57,265 nt of DNA, filler included, from an uncultured virus (IMG/VR IMGVR_UViG_2049941000_000270) (12 parts of one record of this genome joined end to end with filler, not necessarily neighbours in it); one strand, 5' to 3'. Positions 1-11,814 are shown, counted from the first letter of the whole stretch. Numbers and translations are program-made. The notes: generated by a model from the sequence alone, not told the origin.

Positions 1-252
1 ATTGCAGCACTTGAAGAAATGAAGTCTGACAACAGTCTCGGTTTCTCTGCAACAAGCGCAAAGAGAATCATTGAGAATGCTATGGCACAGCTTCAGATTT
101 CAAATGATGACAAGACTGTTATGGAAGNNNNNNNNNNGTATGATGACAATGTAATTTACCTTAAAATCATACCTAATGTCAAAAAGAAACTCTCAAACAG
201 TCAGGACTTCTTTGAACTTCCTACAAAGGAATTCATATTGAGNNNNNNNNNN

Positions 253-354
<102 letters not shown>

Positions 355-578
355 NNNNNNNNNNAAACCTTTCAATAAGCATATCCTTTGCCTCACCAAT
401 CTTCTTGTCAAGGAGTTTCATNNNNNNNNNNACAGTCAACCTGAAGACAAACAAGGAAGAGAAACCAAGTATTACCGCACTTTCATTNNNNNNNNNNGTC
501 ATCTGTATATGTACCTATTGAAACCTTATCAACCATATAAATATAATCNNNNNNNNNNAAGATATTAAAAACAATCAA

Positions 579-607
579 CACACTGGATGAAAACCTCATC
601 CAGTGTG
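579..607. terminator. Perfect 12-bp inverted repeat (hairpin)
   Basis: CACACTGGATGA-AAACC-TCATCCAGTGTG followed by ATTTTAT. Confidence 0.55.
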
Positions 608-637
608 ATTTTATACAAACAAAACCAATAGAAAACA

Positions 638-886
638 ATGTCCGAAATACTTTCAAACTTGTTGGGCTATTTAATTACATTTATCACTGGAGGAGGTTTG
701 GTAAGTATTTTCTATTTCAGACTCAACAAGAGGTTAAAAGCGGCTGAAGTAAAAGCAGCAGAGGTTGATGTAAAAACAAAAGAAATATCAAACTTATCCT
801 CATCCAATGAAGAATGGATAAAACTATATCATAATAGTGTTGCCGAAAAGGAGAAACTTGAGGCAGATATAGAGAAACTTTCAGAC
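638..886 (+). CDS. Membrane-anchored coiled-coil protein, possibly holin/lysis-associated; 3' truncated by gap
   Basis: N-terminal hydrophobic helix LLGYLITFITGGGLVSIFYF, then basic residues and a heptad-like region. Confidence 0.5.
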
Positions 887-930
887 NNNNNNNNNNNNNN
901 NNNNNNNNNNNNNNNNNNNNNNNNNNNNNN

Positions 931-942
931 TTAATTAATTAA
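931..942. other. Artificial contig-joining linker TTAATTAATTAA flanked by N runs (recurs throughout)
   Basis: Identical palindromic six-frame-stop 12-mer between N blocks, for example near 931, 1700, 6822, 21506, 24559, 29773, 33092, 35329, 40862, 43599, 54838. Confidence 0.95.
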
Positions 943-990
943 NNNNNNNNNNNNNNNNNNNNNNNNNNNNNNNNNNNNNNNNNNNNTATT

Positions 991-1027
991 AAAAAAGGAG
1001 AGTGAAACCACTCTCCTTTCTTTTTTT
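991..1027. terminator. Intrinsic (bidirectional) terminator
   Basis: AAAGGAGAGTG-AAAC-CACTCTCCTTT flanked by A and T tracts, just after the stop of the 1040 ORF. Confidence 0.75.
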
Positions 1028-1039
1028 ATTTGTTTTGAA

Positions 1040-1655
1040 TTAGTCTTTAACTACCTCAAATACCGGAACTCCATCTTCAACTGATTCAACTACATGGTAT
1101 CCTTCAGCAACGAAACTTACAGGACCAGTTGGTTCACTGTATGATTCAGCAGGATTGAAGTTGTAGAACTTACCACCATATACATTTATCTTTGCTGTGC
1201 CTGCTGTATAGTTTGCATCATAACAGTTCAAAAGGAACTTGTGGTGACCATTGGGGTCAAGTTCTGGAGTCTCATCAAGAAGTTTGAATGAACCACCATA
1301 TACATTGATTGTACCACTGTAACTGTAAAGGGCATGTGTGTATGCTTCAACATCACATCCAAAGATATTGACTGTTGTAGTTTCTGAACCAGTCCAGATA
1401 CCATAAGCACCACTTGATTCAACAATCTTACCAGGACCATAGATGTCAATTGCAGGATTACTACCTCTGAAATACATAGNNNNNNNNNNATGTACCACCC
1501 TTAAGAGTTACTGTATGTCCATTGAAATTATATCTGTAAGTACCATTTGCAAAGATACCAAAACCAACTCTACTGGTGCTTACTACATCTTCAATTACAT
1601 TTGAAACACCGTTCTTTGAGAATCCAGAGATTGAAGAATTTGAGATTTCATAAGT
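1040..1655 (-). CDS. C-terminal part of a beta-strand repeat (beta-helix-like) surface/fibre protein; gapped
   Basis: Repeated INVYGG[S/K]F and VNIFG motifs, G/N/T/S-rich; open frame continues 1490-1655 beyond the N gap. Confidence 0.5.
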
Positions 1656-1816
1656 NNNNNNNNNNNNNNNNNNNNNNNNNNNNNNNNNNNNNNNNNNNNT
1701 TAATTAATTAANNNNNNNNNNNNNNNNNNNNNNNNNNNNNNNNNNNNNNNNNNNNCCATATTTATAGTATTTATGGATTTTTGTTATATTTAGAGTATAT
1801 AACATAAGTGTTTAAT

Positions 1817-2176
1817 ATGGAATTAGAAGAAAGGATTGGTATTATTATTCAGGGTGCTGAAATAGCACAGAAGAATGGTGCTTTGACACTTGATGATGCC
1901 TATTATGCCAAACAGGCAGTTGATGCTTTCAATAAAAATGTATCTCTCAAGGAAGCATATACCATACTCAATAAGACAATCAATATTGGACAGAAGAAGG
2001 GTGCTTACAGTCTTAGGGATGCATATTATCTTTATATTGCATTGGAGGGATTTGAGAAATATATTCCAGCACCTACACCAGTGCCTGCTGCACCGGCACC
2101 TGGATCTGCACCAGAACCAACTACTGAACAACCAGCAACTTCATCAAATGGGGGTAGAAGAAAAAAGGAGAGTTGA
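1817..2176 (+). CDS. Hypothetical protein with an internal duplication and a Pro/Ala tail
   Basis: AQKNGALTLDDAYY and GQKKGAYSLRDAYY repeats; upstream TTGTTATATTTA motif; downstream terminator. Confidence 0.7.
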   Translation: MELEERIGIIIQGAEIAQKNGALTLDDAYYAKQAVDAFNKNVSLKEAYTILNKTINIGQKKGAYSLRDAYYLYIALEGFEKYIPAPTPVPAAPAPGSAPEPTTEQPATSSNGGRRKKES

Positions 2177-2197
2177 TTAAACTCTCCTTTTTATTTT
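2161..2197. terminator. Bidirectional intrinsic terminator between convergent genes
   Basis: AAAAAGGAGAGTT-GATTA-AACTCTCCTTTTT; same stem sequence as the terminator at 991. Confidence 0.75.
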
Positions 2198-3241
2198 ACA
2201 GGTTCAATTTCTTGACTGCATCATTATAATCTTTATCAGATTGTTCTTTGATTTTCTTGGCTTCATCAATAATCTTGTTTAGAAGTGTACTTGAATTTTT
2301 CTTGAAATCCTGTGGAAGTTCTATTTCCTTTCCTTCTGTGTCTTTTAATTGACCATCAGTGATTATCTTGACAATATCTGTAAAATAGTTACCTGCTTCA
2401 TCACCTGTCTTATCATTGAGAGGGAGATTATAACTTACAAGTCCATTTGAGATGACAGCACATTTTGCCATTAATGGGAGTGTATCACCATAATCAGTAC
2501 CACCATAGACACAATTCTTTATGAAAGCATTTACAGAAATACACATTGCCTGTACTGACTGACCTNNNNNNNNNNGTGTTTCAGCAAATTTCTTCATTAC
2601 ATCACTTGCATCAAGTGCAGTATAGAAAGAATCCATTAGTTTGTAAGTAGTCTTAAACTCTTTCTTACCATAATCCTCATCAGTAAAAATGGATTTAAAT
2701 CCAAGAGATTCATTTTTCTTGAAGAGGTCAGTTGAGTTCTTTTTGTTTTTCTTTGCTGTACGAATTTGGTCAAATTCACCACACAGGTTCTGGATTGCCT
2801 TATCTCCAAGTAAATCATCCTTAATTGGTGTTGCCTCTGCATCTGAAATGAGTTGTTTCCTTTCATCCTGAACTTTCTTCAACTGTTCATTCTGCCAGGT
2901 TTCCATTTTCTTGTTGATCTCATCAATCTCTGCCTGTTTCTTCTTATCTTCCTCAATCTTTTGTTCAAGTTCTTTCTTTACTTCCTCATCCTGGATATCT
3001 GCAAGGATTGACCTGTTGATGACAAGTTTCATATCATTCATAAGGATGTCTGCCCACTTCTGCATCTGTTCATCACCTTCAGTAAGAGTCTTGATTTTGT
3101 CCTTGACTCCTTCAAGGTTACTTTTGAGAGTTTCATCCTTAAACTTCATTGATACTGCCGGTTTTGGGTCTGCATCATTTTCTTTGGCATGGTTCATCTT
3201 ATAGTCATACCAGTCACAGGCAAAGTCAACCAATTCCTGAC
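2196..3241 (-). CDS. C-terminal part of an unknown, charged helical protein (not part of the capsid protein)
   Basis: Open frame rich in K/E/D; joined to the capsid fragment in the ORF track only across an N gap. Confidence 0.6.
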
Positions 3242-3251
3242 NNNNNNNNNN

Positions 3252-3780
3252 GATAGGACGACCGTCGATACGACCAAGAGCTACGAAGATAAGGTCATAG
3301 TCACCTACTGAAATAGGATCCATATGAGGAACAAATGCCTTCTGGAGATCCTTGAACTTAAGAGCATGGTTGATAGCATCTTCATTAACCAAAGCAGCAT
3401 CTGACTTAAGAGCATTCTCAATATCGCTATCTGAGTTTGCATCACCTGCTGAAAGGGTCAACTTAACCATAAGAGGAGCAGTCTTTGACTCATCTGCACC
3501 CTCGAAACGAGGACGGAAATTGGTCTTACCACCTTCATATACATAGTCCATATACTGAAGGATACCAAGAGGACCCTGCATAGGAACTACAGGTACGAGG
3601 TCAAGAGCAATTGTCTGAGCTGCAACCTGAACTGCAAGAGGAAGAAGTGAGAATGGGTTATCACCTGAACCACGAACACCGTCATAACCGTTGTTAGGAT
3701 TTGCACCTGGGAAGTAAGCAGCACCCATCACACCAACATTCATATTTGGGTTGAGATGTGCATAACCGAGAGCACTCTCA
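3252..3780 (-). CDS. Major capsid protein (T4 gp23-like), N-terminal fragment
   Basis: SLLPLAVQVAAQTIALDLVPVVPMQGPLGILQYMDYVY resembles the gp23 motif (..IA.D..GVQPM.GP.G..F..R..Y); frame extends upstream to ESALGYAHLNPNM; lies directly after the protease/scaffold gene. Confidence 0.8.
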
Positions 3781-3790
3781 NNNNNNNNNN

Positions 3791-5686
3791 TGCTACTACT
3801 GCCTCATCAACTTTCTGAAGTTCAATCTGCTTGTCTCTGAAATCTCTGGTATTCCAGAAATAAACTGCACTTGCCTCATTGTTGATTACAAACATCTTTG
3901 ACTCTGCAAGAATCTCCTGTTTTCTCTCATCTGAAAGTTTTGACCATCTCTCATTGAGTCTTTCAGGAAGATAGTTGATGAGTGTGAAGTTTGCTGTTTC
4001 AACATTCTTCTTTGACTCTTCAAGCGCCTTTGCCTCTGCAGCCTTTTCCTCTGCATATGCAGCCTTTGCTGTTGCAAGGATAGCATCAAGTTTCTCTGAA
4101 AGTTCTGACTTATATTTCTTTGCATCAAACTTCTCTTCCTCAACTGTAGCAGCTGATTCAGCAGGAGCGCTTTCTTCAGTAGAAGCATTCTCTTCAGTAG
4201 AAGCATTCTCTTCAGTTGTTGTATTATTCTCATTAACAGGAGTCTCAACTGTAGCAGGTTCTGTTGCTGGTTCAGCAGGAGTCTCAACAGGAGTCTCATC
4301 CTTCTTTTCCTCAACAAGATTCAAACCACCCTTATTGAGTTCCTCAACAATGTAATCCTGATGTTCAATAATCTGGTTCATCTTCTCTGCGAGATAATCA
4401 TTATGGGCAATTGACTTGTTCTGCTCTTCAGCAAGCATATTTGTATAATCAATAGACTTGTCAAGCATTTCAGCAACATAGTTCTGATATGAGATTGTGT
4501 CATTGATATTCTCTGCAAGATAATCCTGGTGAGCAACCATCTGGTTCATTTTCTCTGAAAGATAATCACCATAACTTACAATCTTGTTCATACTCTCTGC
4601 AAGGTAGTTGTTATGTTCAATAACCTTGTTTGTCTCATCAGCAATATAATCCTGATGAATGATAGACTTATCAAGAGTCTCTGCAAGATATTTGGTATAA
4701 CTCTTAAGATTGTTGAATGATTCTTCAGTTGCGGCAACCTTTGCCTCAAGTTCAGCCACTTTCTGATTACCTCCAACCTGTGCAGCACCATCACCAGTAA
4801 TTCTGGCAACTTCCTTGGCAACAAGGTCAGCAATCTGTGAGTTATCAATTTTTGCTGGATCAAAAGTCTGGGTTGGAGTCTCACCACCCTTCTCCTTATA
4901 ACTGATCAACTCATCCTTGATATTTGAAATGGCAGACTGAAGTTCACCTACAATCTCTGACAGATGTTCACTGTATTTCTGGAAATCAGAATACTGTATG
5001 AATTTGTTGTCTTCCATATTTGTGCCTTTTAATGTATCCTCATTCTTCTGGGCTTGTGGTTCTGCATAGTCAGCAGTCTTTGTAACCTGGGGATCGAGGT
5101 TGGTGTTTGCATCTTCAGAGATGTCATAGATGTCAATTGAGTCATCATCACCAAATCCATAAGACTCATTAACCCTCTTGAGTTGGGCATTGGCAAAGCC
5201 AGGATCTGCAACAAGGTCATAAGTGAAAAGCTGCTGAAGCTTTACATGTCCAGATTCATCAACTGTTCCGGCAGCCCTTGATGAGATATTCAAAGGAATA
5301 CCATCCTTTACAAGTGCCTGTGCTTCCTTACCAGCAGTTGTGTTAAGGAGTCTAATCTTACCTACAATAGCATTTTGCTGTGGGTCAAATTCAAGACTTT
5401 CAACAACATGAGAAACATTTCCAAGTGAAATTTCAAATCCGTGTGGATGATCCAACTCACCAAGAAGTCTCTTACTTTCAATCTGTTCCCTCAATGCCTC
5501 TACATGAGGAAGGAAGTCAGCAGACTCATAGATTCTGCCGTTACGGTTTTTGGTATTGAAAGATGTGAAAAGTCCAGTTAATACAATAGAATCGCTGTGT
5601 TCATTATTCTCATTGAGTACCTGCTCAACTGAATAATTAAGTGTTGCATTAGAGCGTTCTACTATCAATAGTTTCTTCTCTTTCAT
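3791..5686 (-). CDS. Prohead core protease (T4 gp21-like) fused to a long scaffold-like repeat/acidic region
   Basis: KNRNGRIY, LGELDHP, VSH, GKIRLLNTTAGK, ISSRAAG, YDLVADPG motifs; about 450 aa C-terminal extension with tandem 14-aa repeats. Confidence 0.9.
4331..4702 (-). repeat. About nine tandem 14-aa coding repeats (x[H/Y]xxY[L/I/V]xExxxxxI)
   Basis: SYTKYLAETLDKSI / IHQDYIADETNKVI / EHNNYLAESMNKIV / SYGDYLSEKMNQMV / AHQDYLAENINDTI / SYQNYVAEMLDKSI / DYTNMLAEEQNKSI / AHNDYLAEKMNQII / EHQDYIVEELNK. Confidence 0.9.
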
Positions 5687-5748
5687 TTTAAATGAATTTT
5701 CTTGTATAGTTTTATATGTTATTTATGAAAAATAAAATTTACTATTTT

Positions 5749-6777
5749 TTAAAGACCTGACAATGGATTACCTCCACCACCATTTTCATTATTTTCTTCA
5801 GCTTCTTCATTTTCTTTTGCCTTTTTCTTGTCAGGTTCAAAATCAGATTTTGGGGCACCATCAAGAATTTTTGCTATATCTTCCTGCTTATATCCCTCCT
5901 TCTTAAGTTTCTTCTCATCCTTGTATCTCTGGTTAAGTTGGAGTTTCTCATCACTCAATCCAAGGAACTCACGGACCATGAAGTCAAGGTCAAAATAAGG
6001 TTTATCATTACCCTCATCATCGGTTACTACGATAGAACCCATAATAGATGAAATGAAGTCTGCCTTCTTCTGGAGAAGTTCAATCTCCTTGTTTTCCTCA
6101 AATACTGAATCCTTATTATAATCAAGACCAAGATTAACACGGAAGTTCATATCTGTCATGATGTTCTTGTGTTTCAAGCACATCTGGAGATATGTAGGTT
6201 TGATAAGGATTTCAGCAAAGATTGCTCTCAATCTTCCGATAAACTTGCTGAATCTGATTTCCTCACGGGCAATACCTTCAGCACTCATTGTGTACTGACC
6301 TTCACCCTGTTCCTTCTCAAACCTGGTAAAAGGAATCTTTGATGCCTGACGGAGTTTATCCCTGAAGTATCTCAAGGTCTCTGTATCTGAAATTTCAGGA
6401 CCGTCACCACCAAGGTTTTGGATTTGTGGAGTCTCACCACCTTCAGATGCCATAAAGATGTCCTTATAGAACTGAAGCATTGGACGACCATTGGTCTTAA
6501 TCTCACCTGAATCCCAATCGAAGTCCACAAGTTCCTTGTAATTTGCCATTGCCTGGGCCAAAGTCTGCCTACCTCTTGGTGACTGGACTGAACCGACAGG
6601 AATGATATACTGTGTCTTATATGAAGCATTGGTGACAGCCCATATGATACGGGTTGCCTCCATTGTCCTCAGGATATTAAATGACCTGATAAGTCTTTCA
6701 ACATAAGAAATTCTGGAAACTGTATCTGCCTTTGCATAAGAAAGGTAGATAATCTGGGAATCATAAAGAATCCTGTC
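5749..6777 (-). CDS. Portal protein (T4 gp20-like), C-terminal part
   Basis: Frame is open upstream of the tracked start: ISYVERLIRSFNILRTMEATRIIW; also YKELVDFDWDSGEI, IQNLGG, LRYFRDKLRQASKIPFTRF, IAREEIRFSKFIGRLR, all gp20-like. Confidence 0.88.
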   Translation of the reverse strand, partial: DRILYDSQIIYLSYAKADTVSRISYVERLIRSFNILRTMEATRIIWAVTNASYKTQYIIPVGSVQSPRGRQTLAQAMANYKELVDFDWDSGEIKTNGRPMLQFYKDIFMASEGGETPQIQNLGGDGPEISDTETLRYFRDKLRQASKIPFTRFEKEQGEGQYTMSAEGIAREEIRFSKFIGRLRAIFAEILIKPTYLQMCLKHKNIMTDMNFRVNLGLDYNKDSVFEENKEIELLQKKADFISSIMGSIVVTDDEGNDKPYFDLDFMVREFLGLSDEKLQLNQRYKDEKKLKKEGYKQEDIAKILDGAPKSDFEPDKKKAKENEEAEENNENGGGGNPLSGL

Positions 6778-6877
6778 NNNNNNNNNNNNNNNNNNNNNNN
6801 NNNNNNNNNNNNNNNNNNNNNTTAATTAATTAANNNNNNNNNNNNNNNNNNNNNNNNNNNNNNNNNNNNNNNNNNNN

Positions 6878-7429
6878 CCTTCTCAACTGTTCCTTTTTCT
6901 TCTGGTAATTCTCTTCTGAAAGATGAAAATATCCTTTTGATAAAGATGGGTCTGTTGCAGACATCCTTGCAAAAAGTACTTGAATGTTTTCATCATTAAG
7001 AGAACCAACCTGTCCGGTTGTAGGATTGACCTGTAGGTTCTGTGTCTGCAAGTCCATATCCATAGAACGGACATTCTTGATGACATCATCCTTGTAGTTC
7101 ATTCCGAAACTGGACAAACTACGAAGCATCCTTGTTACAGGATTAGGGTTACTTGCATTANNNNNNNNNNTGTATTCCTCTGAAAATTCATCAAGGATTG
7201 CCTGGTCTGCCTTGTAGTTGAGTTTGATGTTTGCGAATTTGTTCGCGCCATCAAAAACAATACTCTCCTCACATATGATGTCAAGGATTTCCTCAACCTC
7301 ATCCTGGAGAGCAAATCTTCTCAACTGTTCCTTTTTCTTCTGGTAATTTTCTTCTGAAAGATGAAAATATCCTTTTGACAAAGATGGGTCTGTTGCAGAC
7401 ATCCTTGCAAAAAGTACTTGAATGTTTTC
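6878..7429 (-). CDS. Portal protein N-terminal fragments (two overlapping pieces, mis-ordered)
   Basis: LRRFALQDEVEEILDIICEESIV resembles the gp20 N-terminal helix; about 110 nt duplicated between the two pieces. Confidence 0.7.
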
Positions 7430-7473
7430 NNNNNNNNNNCTTATAGATATAATATATAGTATTTATGACAAAT

Positions 7474-7506
7474 AAAAAGAGAGGGTAGTTTCCTACTCTC
7501 TCTTTT
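7474..7506 (-). terminator. Intrinsic terminator after tail sheath
   Basis: AAAAGAGAGGGTAG-TTTC-CTACTCTCTCTTTT. Confidence 0.7.
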
Positions 7507-7525
7507 CCTGTATATTAGGTTTTGA

Positions 7526-10500
7526 TTACTCATCAAATCCACCAGCTGCAATAGCACCAGTCTTGAGGATTGTGAGTCTCTGAGCAATAATCTCAAGACC
7601 ACGAACAATTTCAACATAAATGTCAATGACACCCATATTGTGGTCGATAACCTCAGGAGTATTGTTTGATGTATCCATTACAGTTCTGAAGTCATAAAGA
7701 CCTCCATTGTCCTTCATTGTTTTGAGGAAGTCATCAACAAGAGTCTTGATTTCAAGTCTTGTCTCTGGAGTATTGAACTCAAATACATACTTCTTCAAGA
7801 TACTCTCAACACCATCCTGGATGTAGATAGCAGCTTCACGTACATGTGCTGATGAAAGTGCTGAAACAGGAGTCTGTTTTGCAGTCTTGTTTGCATAAAC
7901 CTCAACACCTACACCTGGTTCCCAAATAATTGAGTTAATACCCATTGGTTCAAGCCAATCTCTGTTGTCAGAGATAAGTGTTGCCTCAACACCTACAACC
8001 TGATTACCAGAAATAACACCCCTCTTCTGACCGGCAACAATTGACCATGCAAATCCTCTGTTGTACTTCTGCATATAGAGGTTAGAAACATATGCTGCTG
8101 GTGGTACAGACTTGGCTGCACTGAGATCTGTGATTCTCAAATAAGGATAGTAGTAAGCACCCCAAGAAGCACCATTCTCAATCTTTGGAAGAGTAAACAG
8201 GAATGAAGGATTCTTTGAAAGGTCACCACCCTTTGCTATGAACTCAACTTCTACACCACCTGTCTTATTGGTGAATGAAGGATCAAGACTCTTCTTGAAA
8301 TCAAGTTGTGAAGGACAGTTGATGATAGCAAAAGCACTCTTTCTTGCCTTACACAACTGTGTATAAACCTTCTTACATTCTTCCTCTATACCAAGTCCAA
8401 ATGTATCAATAAGATATCTGAACTGGATATAATCACGGTCAATAAGTGCCTTGAACAGATGTGATGTGGTTGATGGGAATTCAGGATTCTCACGGAGCAT
8501 ATCAAGAATCTCATTCTGTCTCTTGTTTGAACCGTCAGGCATTGCATCCNNNNNNNNNNNNNNNNNNNNNNNNNNNNNNNNNNNNNNNNNNNNNNNNNNN
8601 NNNNNNNNNNNNNNNNNNNNNNNNNNNNNNNNNNNNNNNNNNNNNNNNNNNNNNNNNNNNNNNNNNNNNNNNNNNNNNNNNNNNNNNNNNNNNNNNNNNN
8701 NNNNNNNNNNNNNNNNNNNNNNNNNNNNNNNNNNNNNNNNNNNNNNNNNNNNNNNNNNNNNNNNNNNNNNNNNNNNNNNNNNNNNNNNNNNNNNNNNNNN
8801 NNNNNNNNNNNNNNNNNNNNNNNNNNNNNNNNNNNNNNNNNNNNNNNNNNNNNNNNNNNNNNNNNNNNNNNNNNNNNNNNNNNNNNNNNNNNNNNNNNNN
8901 NNNNNNNNNNNNNNNNNNNNNNNNNNNNNNNNNNNNNNNNNNNNNNNNNNNNNNNNNNNNNNNNNNNNNNNNNNNNNNNNNNNNNNNNNNNNNNNNNNNN
9001 NNNNNNNNNNNNNNNNNNNNNNNNNNNNNNNNNNNNNNNNNNNNNNNNNNNNNNNNNNNNTCTCATCAAAGTATGACTGATAAACAATATCTGAAGAGAA
9101 TCTCTTATAAGGAATTTCATCATTTGTTACAGGATCCTTTGTAACAGAGAATACATCAATTTTATCAAGATCTCCTTCGTAATTGTCATCATCCAAATCA
9201 AGACCTGAAACTACTGAAGTTGNNNNNNNNNNCTGGAAACCTCCAAGTGCTATCCACTGGAATCTGTCAGCAATCTTATCAATAGGAGTAACCTTAATGA
9301 TTACATTGTCACCAGTTGATCTTGCAATCTTGTAAATCTTATCTGAACAAACTACAAGGATAGCAACCTTCTTTGCAAGAGATGTATATTTACCTTGGGT
9401 TGCATCATAATTAGCAGTATTATCATATACATACTTAACTTCAACAACCTTTGTTATTCTTGAATGTTTTTTTGAATCATCTACATCAGAAACAAGATAA
9501 TCACCAACAACTACATCAGTGGTCCTGTCAAGAATAACCTCATTATCCCTTGCAACATATGGTTTTTCATTCCTTTCATCCATATAGAATGAATTTGCTT
9601 CTGTTGTCTTGAATTTATATTCTGATACCAAAGGTTTAACATCCTCCACAATCTCATCTACTTTAAGATTAGTAGTAGTAGCAACATTTGTGGTATAGAT
9701 ATTTGCACCAAGAGAAAGATATGTAGAATCTGCAAAAACAAGATCTTGGTCAGAGTATGGTAGTTGTTCAATAGATTCTGTTTTCACCCAAGCAAATGGA
9801 TGAGATTTAGACATATCATCATAAGTAGCATTATTACAATATGTATATTCATCCTGACCAACCTTTATTGTCTGGAACCTATGTGTATAAGAGAAGTTGT
9901 AACCCAAGAAATCAAATTTAATAGGATTTTGCATACCAGTGTTATTATCAGCACCAAGAACTTTCTTACCTACATTATGACCAACAAGGTCAATCTTCTC
10001 ATCAATGAAATTATCAACATAATCTACTTCTTCAAGAAGTTCAACATTCTCTGTACAAAGAAGACCTACTGTATCAACATCATCATTGATAAGTTTCTGA
10101 ATCCAGATATTCTTACCAAGTTTGTCAACAAAGTTAGGAATCAATGAACCAACATACTTTGCACGGAGATCAACTGATGGGAGGTTCAGGAACTTAACAA
10201 GATTTGCATCATTCTCACCTCTGATGAAACCATCCTTATCAAAGTATGACTGATAAACAATGTCTGATGAGAATCTCTTATATGGATTCTCATCAACAGA
10301 GAATACATCAATTTTATCAAGAGTTCCTTCGTAATTGTCATCATCCAAATCAAGACCTGAAACTACTGAAGTTGCTGTAAGAGCTGGACCAAAATCACCA
10401 CCTACAACATAAACCTCAACAAGGTAATCACTTACATATGAAGTACCATTGAGATATTCAGGTACATTACCTTCACCATACCATTCATTAAGAGTAAGGT

Positions 10501-11019
10501 TGTAATTCTTTGCATAGTAATCACTTGCCTTCTTAATCAATACTGAAACAGGTTTCTTACCAACATTGGTGATATGAAGGACACCATCATTCCAATCCAC
10601 ATCATTAGCATTCAGAGATTCAACATTAGCGCCACCAAGAATCTTCTCAACAGCATCAAGATATGCTTCCTCACTTGCATACCAGAACTTATCTGTGTTG
10701 TAAAGTGACTGTAATGGAAGAGTTACAGATTTCTTGTTAACCTCACCTGAACTAATTGAGAATGACTTCTCAACAACCTGATCCAGGTCTGGATCAAGAT
10801 TCAAGAGATTCAAACAAAGAATNNNNNNNNNNTCTTAATGAACTGGGCTGGAGAAGTCACCAATTTAACTGTATTGAATGGACCTGTCTTGCTAAAGCCT
10901 ACAACCAATCTAACATTAGAAATAGCTGTAATACTGTTATTTGAAAGTTCAGACTTATCTCTCTCAAAACGATAAGCGCCTGCTGATTTCAAATTAATCA
11001 ATTCTGCATCTAAAGCCAT
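7526..11019 (-). CDS. Contractile tail sheath protein (T4 gp18-like), gapped
   Basis: N-terminus KSAGAYRFERDKS...VGFSKTGPFN; C-terminus GAYYYPY, VPPAAYV, AGQKRG, GINSI, ANKT, SALSSAHVR, YVFEFNTPETR, MDTSNNTPEVID. Confidence 0.93.
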
Positions 11020-11047
11020 AATATTTACTTTTTATTGTATTATAAGT

Positions 11048-11110
11048 TATTTATGTAAAAACATTTTTGGTCCTGGGTATCCTAATTCCACATTTATACT
11101 TTCATAAATA
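11048..11110. promoter_or_regulatory. Back-to-back late promoters CATAAATA (representative of 12 copies in the window)
   Basis: Minus-strand copy 11048-11055 before the sheath and plus-strand copy 11103-11110 before the tube; one base different from the T4 late promoter TATAAATA. Confidence 0.8.
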
Positions 11111-11163
11111 ATGTATGTGGAGGCGGAGTCTTCACTACATAAAAATAAAATAACAACAAGAAT

Positions 11164-11748
11164 ATGGCACTTAGTCACTTTAACAATTCACATGCCGCAA
11201 GGAATAAGTGGGAAGTTGTAAACCCAGCGTTATTTGAAGTTTCATTTATGCTTCCAGACCTTGATGGTGAAACAGACAATCTGACAACCACATTCCTTCT
11301 TGAACACATACGTTCAATTTCAGGTCTTGATGGTGTAACACCTCCAATGGGCACTGTGATCCAGAAGTACAAACAGGCTGAAAGAGTTTATCTCGGAACC
11401 CCTGAACAAACACACCTTGAATTACAGGTAGTATTCTCTTTGAACTTAAATGATGTAAATGAGAACTACATCTACACAACCCTCCGTAAGTGGTACAACA
11501 AGTCATTCAATCCTGCAAATGGACAGTATGGTCTCAAGAAAGATTATTCAGGTTCAATGGTTGTTGTTGAATACAACCGTGATGGTTCAATCTGGAGAAA
11601 AATCAATTGTCTGGATGTAATTCCTACCCAACCAACAGGTCTCAATGATGACAACTATGACAACGGTAATGAAGCAAAGGAAATTTCCATAACATTCTTT
11701 GTGGATAACTGGAAGGAAGAAACTGTTGGACTTCCCGTTTATGAGTAA
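11164..11748 (+). CDS. Tail tube protein (T4 gp19-like)
   Basis: 194 aa; NPALFEV, LRKW, LKKDYSG..VVEYNRDG, P....L..DN..EISITF pattern; adjacent to sheath; late promoter upstream. Confidence 0.8.
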   Translation: MALSHFNNSHAARNKWEVVNPALFEVSFMLPDLDGETDNLTTTFLLEHIRSISGLDGVTPPMGTVIQKYKQAERVYLGTPEQTHLELQVVFSLNLNDVNENYIYTTLRKWYNKSFNPANGQYGLKKDYSGSMVVVEYNRDGSIWRKINCLDVIPTQPTGLNDDNYDNGNEAKEISITFFVDNWKEETVGLPVYE

Positions 11749-11753
11749 ATCTG

Positions 11754-11783
11754 AAAGAGTGGGAGTTCTTTCCCACTCTTTTT
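11754..11783 (+). terminator. Intrinsic terminator after tail tube
   Basis: AAAGAGTGGGA-GTTCTT-TCCCACTCTTT then a T tract. Confidence 0.8.
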
Positions 11784-11814
11784 GTTTATTCTCCATATAA
11801 AATATTTTGTTTTT

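Noticed and set aside
2196..3743. 515-aa ORF as a capsid protein with a novel C-terminal fusion
   Set aside because: The junction coincides with a 10-N gap; two unrelated fragments are joined by chance.
7526..10813. Internal duplication within the tail sheath, and the duplicated portal N-terminus
   Set aside because: The duplicated pieces are gap-bounded near-identical variants, most simply alternative alleles.
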